Positions 52,771 through 64,000 of a DNA stretch of 64,000 bases are shown here, in pieces. Every line of letters begins with the position of its first letter. The stretch's first letter is position 1. The DNA lies in NCBI GenBank assembly GCA_964016885.1, contig OZ024745.1, forward strand, positions 63,364,001 through 63,428,000, given 5' to 3'. The translations under genes and the position numbers were made by a program. The notes under the pieces are model-generated. The model ran no database searches and had not been told where the DNA came from. It saw only the letters and a list, made by a program, of their open reading frames with translations. This stretch comes from Eledone cirrhosa (Eukaryota).

Positions 52771-53575
52771 GTTTCAGATTTAGGCACAAGGCCAGCAATT
52801 TTTTTTTTGGGGGGGGGGGGGGGGGCAATTAAATCGACCCCAGTACGTTACTTGTACTTAATTTTATCGACCCCGTAATGAGAGGCAAAGCTAACCTCGG
52901 AGGTATTTGAACTCAGAACATAAAGGGCCGTAATTCTATGCCACGAAGGATGTTGTCCGACGCTCTACCGACTTTGCCATTCCACCTAATAATATAATAA
53001 TGATATTAATAATTGTTTCTACTTTAGGCACAAGGCCAGCAATTATCCCAGTGCATTACTGGTACTTTATTTTATCGACCCCGTAAGGATGAAAGGCAAA
53101 GTTAACCTCGGCGGGATAATAATAATGGTTTCTTATATAGGCACAAGGCCAGCAATTTTGGGGGGAGGGGAAAGTCGATAAAATCGACCCCAGTGCGTGA
53201 CTGGTACTTTATTTTATCGACCTCGTAAGGATGAAAGGCAAAGTTAACCTCGGCGGGATTTGAACTCAGATCATAAAGGACCGTAATTCTATGCTGCAAA
53301 GCATGGCGTCCGAACCTCTACCGATACTGCCAATTCACCGCCCTAAATGATATTAATAATAATAAAAATAGTAAAGTGTTATGATTTAGGCACAAGGCCA
53401 GCAATTTGTGGGAAGGGAAAGTCGATGAAATCGATACCAGTTTTTTACGGGTACTTTATTTTATTGACCTGGAAGGATGAAGGGCAAAGCTAACCTCGAC
53501 GGGTTTTGAAATCAGAACGTAAAGGGATGACGTCCCTTTACGTTCTATGCCGCGAAGCATTTGGACCGACGCTAA
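52769..53575 (-). mobile_element. Cluster of four same-orientation SINEs (two subfamilies, one truncated)
   Basis: Copies at ~52769-52990, 53010-53115, 53126-53345 and 53380-53575, each starting in a (TAA)n tract. Confidence 0.88.
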
Positions 53576-54520
53576 CGCTTATGACGAAACTCCCTACAAA
53601 TTTTGAAATAAATAGGACATCATCGAAGAAAAAACAGTAAATATAGCAGAGAAAGAATTTGTTAGTCAAGAACCAACGAACCCTAACAAAAATATACTTT
53701 AAGTATCGATTGTCCATATAATATAAATTTTAGTTACCCTGGGACTACGTCTAGGGGTTAATTTGTGGGTTAGGTGATTAGCTACATCTAAGTAGCTTCT
53801 GGTGTTGTGTGTAACTGTAGAGTGATGTGGATTTTGAAGACCATCTCTATTTGACTCAATGAACATACTTGGCCGTTCCTTTCTTCGGAACGAATAGTGC
53901 ATGGGAGGAGAATAATCGAAGCTTGTGATATTTCTGAGTAGATTGGGTGTGTGTCAGAGAGGAAATGCGGATAAAATACATAGGTTCGAAGCTGAGCCTG
54001 AACATTCGTATGTCAGCATAAATTGGTTCCAAATCTGCAAGTTTACTTAATGCAATGGTATCAAACTACGATTGTTTGTGTGGAGGCGAATGTTACCCTG
54101 GATAGGATATTCTGTTTTAAAATGTTAGTAGTCAACAAAGACATTATGGAATCGGTATAGCCTGGGAATGTGTCTTATTTATGAAGTACACAAAAGCCAA
54201 TATCAATTATACAATTCAGGCCTATTTAAAAATTTCTGAAGAGATTTGTCAGCAAAGCAGTTATCGAGGTAGCCTTAATATAATATTTTCATTTTCAGAT
54301 AATCTACGCTAATTATATTTTCGTCATTTGTTTGCATAAGGCTACGTAAGAGTTAAAGTAACAGCAATATTTATCGTGCTAAGATATTGAACTTCAAGCA
54401 TTCCAGTTTCATAAATTCTTAATATAATTAAAGAAATAATTGTTTTCTTCGTTACAATATTCCATGATAGAAGTTTCATTATTTCACCATGCCATACTAG
54501 AAATCATTATTTAAAAATAC

Positions 54521-54915
54521 TTACGGGGTCGATAAAATAAAGTACCAGTAATTGCTGGCCTTGTGCCTAAAGTAGAAACAATTATTTAAAAATACTAGAA
54601 ATCATTATTTCACAGTGCTGTATTCAAAGTTCCTTGTGCGTATATCTCACAGATGACAGGAATTCATTATTATGACTCACCTCGGCAGGATTTGAACTCA
54701 GATCATAAAAGACCGTAACTCTATGCTGCAAAGCATGATACTATGCTTTGCAGCATAGAGTCCTTTATGATCTGAGTTCAAATCGCGCCGAGGTTAACTT
54801 TGCCTTTCATCCTTACGGGGTCGATAAAATAAAGTACCAGTAACGTACTCGAGTCAATTTAATCGATTTTCCCCGCCCCAAAATTGCTGGCCTTGTGCCT
54901 ATATAAGAAACCATT
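54521..54915 (+). mobile_element. Truncated SINE (54521-54562) and SINE with inverted 5' duplication (54680-54912)
   Basis: TSDs ATTATTTAAAAATACT and ATTATTATGACTCA. 54680-54737 is the reverse complement of ~54744-54793. Confidence 0.82.
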
Positions 54916-56814
54916 ATTATGACTCAGCTGTATACACACGTTCACAGAGCAGGGGTGGGTCAGTTGTGTTTCGGGAACGGAATACATTATAAAAATCAAC
55001 AGGTCTATGAAAATGTAGGTTTAGTTTATATATTCATCTATAAGGGCTGCTTTTGAATATAATAAGTGTAACATAATATCTTGTTGTGCATTAAAGGCCT
55101 ATTTTCTAGTCGGCAACAGGAAAACTGCTGCTTACTTGCACGAGTTGTTAGAAATAGTTGTCTAATCTATCTTAAATCAGACTTCACTGTTTATTTGTTA
55201 ATGGAAATACCCACTGGATAATATAGTCCCAAAGATATAGTTGTATTCTCATGAACTCATAACAGATTTTATAATCAAACCTCAATAATAATGTTAATCA
55301 AGTTTAAATACGCTGAAATTTGACGGCATCATTTCAGTATTGAAACAGGATCATTTCAACATTAAAATGAAATTTGTAATTAGGAAATACTTCATTACAA
55401 CCATGTCTCGATGGATTTTGATTACTTGTTTTTACTGCATTTTCATTTATGTATTTTATTTATTTATTCACGTATTTCATATAATTATGCTTCCGATTAG
55501 AAAATATGATACCTTTCATTCAAATTCTAGGTGACGCCATTTTATGATTGAAATGCAAAATTGGATCTTTTCCATCAATGTTGCTTCAGGCATGTAAAAT
55601 TATGATACATAAATTACTGAATAGATAAACAAACACAGTTGAAATAGTTTTATCAAAGCAATGACTATTTCGATTTCAATTTCGCTTATGCTGAGCTAAA
55701 ATGTTTTATTCATCTACTATAACCTACCAATCTGTTAATTAGTTGTGTGCTGTTGATGATGTCTTAATGAAATTCCTGATACATTTATTCTCGCACAAAG
55801 AAATTAAATACAAATTTACTGCAGGATCAGAAAAAGAAATTTTATTTAACTATCATGCTAGTTACTGACCCAATTGTTGGATAAAGGTTCTGATGAATCT
55901 CTGATAATTTTATTTTATTGAAAAATTTGGGTTTTACCGTTTAAGAAAACAATAGGTTATTTTCAATATTTTGTTTTCTAACGTATAAAAATTATAAGAT
56001 TTTAGTAATGAAACTGTTCTTTACAAGACAGCTTGAAATGCAATATACGTTCAAAGGAAGCGTCAAATAATTTATAATTTGATCTCATACTTCTTAAAAC
56101 CAGATGCAGGTTGTTTCATTTCTGCTGAATGATTATAAAGAATATTAAATTACAATCAGTAATTTGAGTTTATAAATTTCAGTTTGGGTATAATAGATAA
56201 TTCTTCCTTTCAATTACTTTCGTTGAGTTAGTTGAGGAAATATTCATTTCATCTAAATCCGAAATTACTACAGTTCTTAGGTATATTGTTAGCTAGCCAT
56301 GTCAATAATTAAGTAAAGTTTGCTAGTGTCACAAACAAATAACGTAAGTAACTTGGTGAATAAGACTCAGCATTTGCTTGTGGTTTGTTTACTTACTAAG
56401 AAAATGTATTAATACCTTCCGAAAATTCATTTGCCACAAACACGTTATTATTTTTATTAAATAGAACATTTCAACTTCGTATTCTATAAATACTTTGTCT
56501 AAAAATAATCATGCAACAATACATGTACGCAAGTCATATAACCCCAGGTCACTACAAAGCAACTCACTTTCAATATTTGTACTGCAGTTCTTCTTGCTAA
56601 TTCAGCAACAATTACAGAAATTTTAATATTTCTTTGGCATTTATTGGTGTCTGTTTTATAAATTTACTTTCTGGTTATATTCTTTATTGGTTATTTTTTG
56701 TTTTGTTTTTCTTTTTTAGTGACATCAGACTAATTTGTATTAACGACATGATTTAAAATGCAAAGGTAAAATAAATATGTAATTTCGATCCATTATTTTA
56801 AAATAATCACAAAG

Positions 56815-57002
56815 GGCGGTGAATTAGCAGTATCGGTAGAGGGTTGGACGCCATGCTTTGATGCATAGAGTTACGGCCCTTGCAATTCTGAGTACAAATC
56901 CCGCCTAGGTTAACTTTGCCTTTCATCCTTACGGGGTCGATAAAATAAAGTACCAGTAATGCACTGGGATAATTGGTGACCTTGTGCCAAAACTAGAAAC
57001 AA
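56815..57002 (+). mobile_element. tRNA-derived SINE
   Basis: GGCGGTGAATTAGCAGTATCGGTAGAG head, core and tail; imperfect TSD ATTATTT(T/A)AAAATAATC. Confidence 0.9.
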
Positions 57003-57141
57003 TTATTTAAAAATAATCTCCTATACGAAATTGTGACTACATTAACGTAAGCAATAAATGAGATTGTGACTGACTTTTATGAATAATATTACAGCATTCA
57101 ATCAAACAACACAGTACACAATCACACATATATATATATAT

Positions 57142-57183
<42 letters not shown>

Positions 57184-57187
<4 letters not shown>

Positions 57188-59893
57188 GTGGGCCATAAAA
57201 AGCAAGGTCGCAATTCTAACGCTCCCTGTGTATTTTCCCATTATAAATGCCCCAATTGGTAAAATAAGGTATATTTTGTATAAAATAAATTATTTTGAGT
57301 CGTGCCTATATCATGATGATTATAGTAGAAAGTGTGATTATGTTGCATGAAATCATGAAAATTTGAAACCAAATATGACCATACAATAATTGTTTATTTT
57401 ATTAATCCATTATATTTAGTAAACCACCTTTGAATATAAAGGCGTACAAGGAAGAAACAAGTTCAGTTAAGTTAACTCCAGTCATATTTTTTTAAGAGTT
57501 TCTTTTTTGAAATCCGGGACCTTGAGACGATGAGCTTCAACTACTTGAAGAACACACTGCTTCTTCTCCTCATTCTTGATAACAAAATCAGTTATCAACT
57601 TGACTGCTCTCTCCGCCAGATCGTTGACTACCTTGATATTGTGAACAACAGCACAGGCATTTTGATATGACGCTTGTGACGACCAAGTTGCAGGTGACAG
57701 CTCAAGCCAAGTATCGTCGAGACCAAGGAGATCGAACAGAAGTCTAGATTTCTTCCCAACTAGATGAGGCAGCTTCGTGGACGACTTCAACTTGGGAAAT
57801 ACTGGAGCACCACAGTCGAGAGGCCCAGACGTTTTCGTTTTGACAAGACGTTGGGCTATTTGTTTCTTCTCGGACTCTTGGACCCGACTTGAAAACAGCA
57901 GTAGTGGCTGTCTGCGAGAGATCTCTGTCAACCTTACTGTACTGTGTCAACTCCACGAAGTATTGAAGGTCATTGGATGGTGCATCAGCACACTTGACTG
58001 CTGTCAGCCAGAATCGCTCGTAGAACAGAGCATTGAACATACAGATCCGGCGCAACTTTTCCATTTTAGCTTGATCGTAATTGAGTCGCTCACCAAATGC
58101 ATACATCTTTGCACTATAGATGATTGTGGACATCCACCGAGCAATATGATGTGCACCAGGCAGCATCCAATGAATTCTACGAGGAGGGGTGACACCAAGC
58201 AAGATCAACATCAACTCGGCACATTGTCGGTAGTCGTCCCGTGGAAGAGAACTCATTTTCCCATCATCGGATGTCAGCAAATCTTGGAGGAACTTGATGT
58301 TCTCAGAACACAGACGCTTGAGTCTCCGGTCGACAATTTTCAATGTTTTAAAGTTGGTCTTGTCCGTGAGTGACACCCAATCTTTTTGAACTCCTTGAAC
58401 TCTGGGGTGTCTGGACTGGACATTGCTCCGAACAGTTGTTGCCACACTGCACACAAGATACACTCCATGGTACCGACAAGCAAAATAAAACACCTCTTTG
58501 TTGAGCATTTCTTCTAGTTTCACGCAGGCACCATTTTTCCATCCAGAATTCGTAGCAGACCCATCTACATTCCAATCTTTAACAAGATCAAATGATCCTT
58601 TGGCTTGGGTGGTTCCAGTGCCATCAGGAATTATGGGAACAGCGAGGAGTTTACCTTCTCTGAAGTCCGGAGTTCCAGCAACTAGCACACCTAGCCTCTC
58701 GTGGTCACCAGGAATTATTTTGCCATCCCAATGAAAGGTAACAAAGTCTGGTACAGCAAATTGTTCCTTTATGTGTTTACCCCCACAGTTCTGATCTTCT
58801 TAGCTTCACGTCTGCTACTATTCTTGGAGAGAGTTGTGGCGTCTATGTCAGTCCCACCCTAAGAAATAATCGATGCCATAAATGCTATTTTTCGGGCCCA
58901 GTGTCAGGTTTAAACGATCAGCCATTAGAGAAATGTTTGGACTTTGAAATGGATTCTTTGGGAGTTCCAGCTGGATTTTTCGTTTCTTGTCTGACTTTGA
59001 GCTGTCTCTGGTGGGTTTGAGGCCTGGAATTCAGGATCCTGTTCATCTTCAGTTTCATCATTGGTTGAACTTGAATCACTCAGTTCATTACGTGGAAGTT
59101 GTGCTGCTACAGATCCTGACAAACGCTTTCTATGGTTCCCTGACTCTCGACGAGCCACAGAAACCTGATCACGCTTAAACTTTGAAAATACCTTTTTCTG
59201 GTAACGTTTGTCTTCAGCACCCAGAGATACTCTTTTCTGACAACGCAGGGTTTCGAGAAATGTAGCATCTTCCATTTTCTGTTCATTATTACGAAGACGG
59301 GCTTTCAAAATTTTCTTTTCAGCATCAGTATGTTCAATGTTTCAACATCAGTATGTACGAATCCAATTCAGAAATAAATAGTGCTTCCTTTTCTTTTTTT
59401 GACTTAGAACCTTTGTTTTTTTGTAAATTTCTGTATTCACTGTACATGTCCATAATTTTCAGTTTCACTTTGTCTTTTCGTTGAGTTGCCACACCAGCTT
59501 TTTCCCACTGACTAACTACTTCCATCGCAAGCCTATCCGCAATATCACCATTGAAGCTCACATGCTTTTCGTATTTCATAGGACCATCTTTTAGGTAGAA
59601 GAAATATCTTAGAATATACCCCTTTGTTGGTATTTTGTTTGGTGAAAAGGATGTAACATATTGCCTCATGAGCCATATTTCTCGATCATCACAACGGAGC
59701 GAGTAGCTACAACTAGGCCCACTGGTTTCCGCCATTATTCTGCCAATTTGCAACTATTAGGCAAGGCTTAAATTAGACTGGAATAATCAAAATTACATTA
59801 TAAATTGATAATATACAAGATGGCATGAGAAAATGCATAGAGAGTTAGGAAAAACATACTTTTGTGTAAAATGTTGGATTCTGAAACACCCTA
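57184..59893 (-). mobile_element. hAT-superfamily (hATm-type) DNA transposon
   Basis: Termini TAGAGTG (57184) and CACCCTA (59893); ATATATAT on both sides (8-bp TSD); transposase pseudogene inside. Confidence 0.8.
57482..59735 (-). pseudogene. hATm-like DDE transposase, frameshifted and with a deletion
   Basis: IPTKGYILRYF, WEKAGVAT, FHWDGK, GTGTTQA, TNSGWKNGACV, FACRYH, PRDDYR, PGAHHIARWM, VVNDLAERAVKLITDF. The expected FDTT segment is missing. Confidence 0.85.
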
Positions 59894-59946
59894 ATATATA
59901 TAAATGAAAAGTATAGAAATTGTTGTAGCAAGAAGCTAACAGTATT

Positions 59947-60008
<62 letters not shown>

Positions 60009-60606
60009 ATAAGAATATTTATATTTATATATGTTTGATTTAACTGTAAATATGTAGGGTAGTACTAAGTACTAGAGTGTTTTACAAGTGTTTTACAGAG
60101 CCGAAATACAAAGTGTTAAAACGATCAAATTTTAGTTTAGAACATAAATGTGCGTTTAATGGTAGCCATAGACGGTATGCCAGTTAAGCACTCTATGTTC
60201 TTACAGAGCAGTGTGTGATATAATATGAAACGAAAAATCAGTGATGCATCAGGACTCAATTTATTGTGTGTTACAATTGTTTCGCCGGCAGACAGCTCGA
60301 GACACGATCATTGTATGGATATGTCTGATTCTGGAACTGCAGGTTCGTCGGACACTTCCAATAACTTCGGAATATAATACATATATATATATATACGTAT
60401 ATATATACATATATATACATATATATAGATACACACAGATACGCTTACACATACACACACATACAAAAACAATAAAATAAATATACAATATACAATAAAA
60501 TAAATATACAGTATACAGTAAAATAAATATATAAAAAATAAATATACAATACATCCATACGCATTCACGTAATGCATACATATACATATATATATACACA
60601 CACATA

Positions 60607-60640
<34 letters not shown>

Positions 60641-61229
60641 CATATATATATACATATACATATATACATCTACATACACACGCATATATATGCACATATG
60701 TACACATATACACATATATAAAAAAACAATAAAATAAATATAAAGTATATTAAAATATGCATATAACGTCACATAGAGATATATAATAGAGAGGAGAAAG
60801 GAGAAGGTATGTGTATGCGTGTAATATTGTACGTAGGGTAGTATAAGGTGCACACTTAGGTCTGTGTACGGAACAAATAATATGTGTTCTTAAATGGAAC
60901 ACGTGGAGTGTATGTATGCACGATTGAAAAGGTACATATGCATGGGGCCGCGTAGCCCGGTCAAATTGGGGTCTGCCACTGTGGTTGAGGTGTGTTGTCC
61001 TACCGGTGCAAGGTCCCTGACTGAACGACTTTGGGATCCGGGTCAACCTGTCTCGGCTCCGGCAATGTTATTGCTTAGGGTGACGTGCAGAGTCGGGTAT
61101 GCATCTTGGGTTATTTTGGTTTACCCTACGGGGCATATAATTCCCTCAGGGTAATGTGTCTGATCCCTTGAACCCGTTTCGTCGCTCTGGTCGGCGCGTG
61201 CTCCGCCGCATGCCCTTCGCCTGGGCTTC

Positions 61230-63050
61230 CCTGGGGTTTCCATGCGGAGAGTGTGCACCTTCTCTGGTGTCTGCAGGTCATGATAATTTCTGATTTCAGG
61301 TTGACCGCGTCATCCTTCAGTCTGACCATTTACATGGCCTCGTATAGGCATAGGCTACATTTTCTACTTCCAGCCGAGTATGGATTCGCGTCCCGAACGA
61401 TACTCCAGTGATGGGTGTACGGGGTGCCTTTGTCTTTCAGGTCCCACACCAGGTCCGCAAGCCTAGTGGAGTGCCTCTTGCTTCGGTCCTTGAAAGAGTT
61501 CGTGTGGTTATATATCCGCGATTTAAAGGTCGTGGATGTTGTGCCGATGTAGGTGCGCTTTTCATTGTGGATGCTAACCACACATTTGTATACCTGGCCC
61601 TTCGTCAGGCATTTTCCCTGTAGGGAGCACTGGGTGCCCGCTCTGCAGTTACAAGTTCTGTTGTTATTTTGCTCGCTTTGAACGCCTGGCCCTGGATCTG
61701 CTATGGCCCTCTCACGATTCTCAGGGTGTTGTTCCACCGGCACGGTGATCTCCCTCTCGCCACTGGTTCCCACCTGGCGTTGGATAGTATCGCCTTCCGC
61801 GGGGGTGGCGGCCGCCTCGGGGGCCGGGTTGCTATTTGAAGGCCGATCCCCGAGGGGTCCTCCAAGCTCCGACAGACGTTCGTTCTGCCGCCTCATTTGA
61901 CGGTCGATGTTCCCCAATTTGACCGGGCTACGCGGCCCCATGCATATGTACCTTTTCAATCGTGCATACATACTCTCCACGTGTTCCATTTAAGAACACA
62001 TATTATGCGACCATGTTAAGTGTTGTGGAAAAGGAAAACTTCACCGCGTGGCGGTTGAAAATTTCGTGGTATTTGTTCGACGGCGGGAAGCACTCATCTA
62101 ACGCTTGGAAAAAAAGCCCTGGCACGTTGCTGCGTACATGCTTAGAGTATGGCGCGTTAAACCATGTAACGGCCTTACATCTAGTCTTGTTCTTTCGTGT
62201 GTGTGTGTAGACGTGTGAGTGTGGCCTGGGTCTGATGTCCGTCTCGGGTTTTGCCCGCCCATAATTACGTCTCTTATGTTGTCTCTATTTGTGTGCCCGC
62301 TGTGGGCGTCAAGGTTGTGCCTATCACTTACTAAGGTATTCCGTTCTATATTGTCGGTTCTACTGTTAGTCACTTTAAAGCTTTGTGGTGCTGCAGTCGG
62401 GGCTATACCACTACTACCAGGCGGGTGCTCTTTCTATCGGGTGCCACGGCCGTACTTGTCGTTACCCTGTCCCTAGTCCCATTTATCGCGATGCATGTAG
62501 TGTGCGTGCCGGGCCCATGCCTATGTGTACTTGGTGGTCTAGCTCCCAAGCGTGCCTCCGTCCGTCCTACTGTCGGTCCCGTGTCATTAAGGTGAACTGT
62601 GTTGCTACTCGTGTTCTTAGAGACTAGTACCGGATCATTTCTCCTACCTATGGAAGTGCCCCCGTTATTGCCGTATCTGCTTGCCTCGGCGCTAGGCTCT
62701 TCCCTGTCTGGGGTGTACACTATACTATCTGTGTAACCGGCCCTGCGCAGTGCCTCATTGCAATAGTCGGCGTGCTGGTTGAACACGTCTGCTTTGGCCG
62801 ACAGGGTGGATACGCGTTTTGATACCCCTTTAACTATCGCTTCTATGACTGACCTGGGGTGGTTAGATTGCCTGTTCACATATTGCAGGTTCTCATTGGG
62901 CTTGTGATAAGGTCGGTGGATGCCCGTATTCATTTCCAAGGTAACGTCCAGGAAATTGACCGTCTTAGTACTAGGATCTATCGTCACGGATAAGCCGTGT
63001 TGCTTAAAAAAATGCGCTATGCGCTTCCTCATACGCTCCAGTTTCGATAT
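61230..63050 (-). pseudogene. PLE RT C-terminal half plus GIY-YIG endonuclease
   Basis: VNFLDVTL..HRPYHKPN..QSNHP; TWFNAPYS; CNCRAGTQCSL..CL..VYKC..YIGTTSTTFKSRIYNH; CSLCLYE; NLKSEIIMTCRH. Interrupted by TAA stops and frameshifts. Confidence 0.88.
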
Positions 63051-63222
63051 CCCCATGGAGTCGAGCGATTCGGCGCAGGTGACCGATCTGGTAACGATAT
63101 ATCTCCTCTATAGGTTAGCGGAGGAGATCCCAGGGATCGACGGAGGAATATACAGAGACGAGGTACTTTTCACCTTCCGTTCCCTAAACCCCAGCCAGAT
63201 GGAGCGTATGAGGAAGCGCATA
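63043..63222 (+). pseudogene. Inverted RT core fragment of PLE3
   Basis: FDIPMESSDSAQVTDLVTIYLL...GGIYRDEVL...ERMRKRI. Confidence 0.85.
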
Positions 63223-63806
63223 TGTGTGTGTGAGTGACTTGTGAAATACCAAACCCATCATGAATTCATTGAAGTGTGTCGGACGAAGAGTAGCTGATGG
63301 GCAGTATGGCAGCAAATATTGGCCAGAATTCATGATGACATAGAAAAATAACAGCCAACAGCAGGACAAGCGAGGAAGATGTTTTTTGAAGCTAAAACCC
63401 TAGTGAGAATATTTGTTCCGAAGTTATTGGAAGTGTCCGACGAACCTGCAGTTCCAGAATCAGACATATCCATATAATGATCGTGTCTCGAGCTGTCTGC
63501 CGGTGAAACAATTGTAACACACAATAAATTGAGTCCTGATGCATCACTGATTTTACGTTTTATATTATATCAAACTCTGTAAGAATAGAGAGTGCTTAAC
63601 TGGCATACCGTCTATGGAAGCATCATAGCTACCATTAAACGCACATATATATATATGTATATATATGTATATATTTGACCAGAGACAGCGAGCTTTTCAG
63701 TGCATGGAATCCAGTCCCCGCTAGTTGTTCCATCTACCGAATTATTATTATTTTTATATGAGTCCCCAGTGTCCGCGCATTGCCTGGAGACTTAGCTGAG
63801 AATAGA

Positions 63807-63885
63807 CTCCCTGATGACGCAATGAATTCTCGACAGTTTATTACGTAACTGTCTTTATCCCATTGCAGAAACTAATTAGTTGAAT
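63807..63885 (+). ncRNA. Hammerhead ribozyme with 50-nt extended stem II
   Basis: CUGAUGA-C-GCAAUG..GACAGUU..AACUGUC..CAUUGC-A-GAAAC-UAAUUA-GUU. Palindromic stem III ACUAAUUAGU; stem I is poor. Confidence 0.68.
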
Positions 63886-64000
63886 TGAAAATTTTAGTAA
63901 GTAAGTTAATTTTTTTAAGTTTTTAAAATTTTCTTATTTTACGTCTTTTATATTATTGTTCTGCATCCTCCTGCATTGAACCACCTAGGTACTATGACAT

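Larger units (their letters stand above)
60148..63647 (-). mobile_element. Penelope-like element PLE3 (Hydra-type), 5'-truncated with inverted 5' segment and ~225-bp inverted terminal repeats
   Basis: RT thumb and GIY-YIG on minus; an RT motif 4-5 piece on plus (63043-63222). 60148-60372 is the reverse complement of 63416-63647. Confidence 0.85.

Overview
AT-rich, microsatellite-laden animal DNA, most likely an octopod cephalopod (inferred from the tRNA-derived Nin/Ceph-domain-type SINEs). I found no host protein-coding gene; the window is intronic or intergenic sequence made largely of decayed transposons. It contains three Penelope-like retroelements (two DKT/CxC-x5-C 'Hydra'-type, one very C-skewed Neptune/Naiad-type) and several solo PLE termini. 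It also has a ~7.6 kb decayed Helitron with STPR-like repeats and a nested non-autonomous Helitron, a hATm-type DNA transposon with an 8-bp TSD, R4/Dong, Tx1 and RTE LINE fragments, and about a dozen SINEs. Two signals stand out. (1) There are about nine hammerhead-ribozyme motifs at PLE termini; in several, stem II is expanded into a 50-85 nt (possibly ~220 nt) structured insert, and one has a built-in antisense blocker. (2) Fold-back and microhomology-templated copying recurs at insertion junctions. All coordinates and pairings were read by eye.
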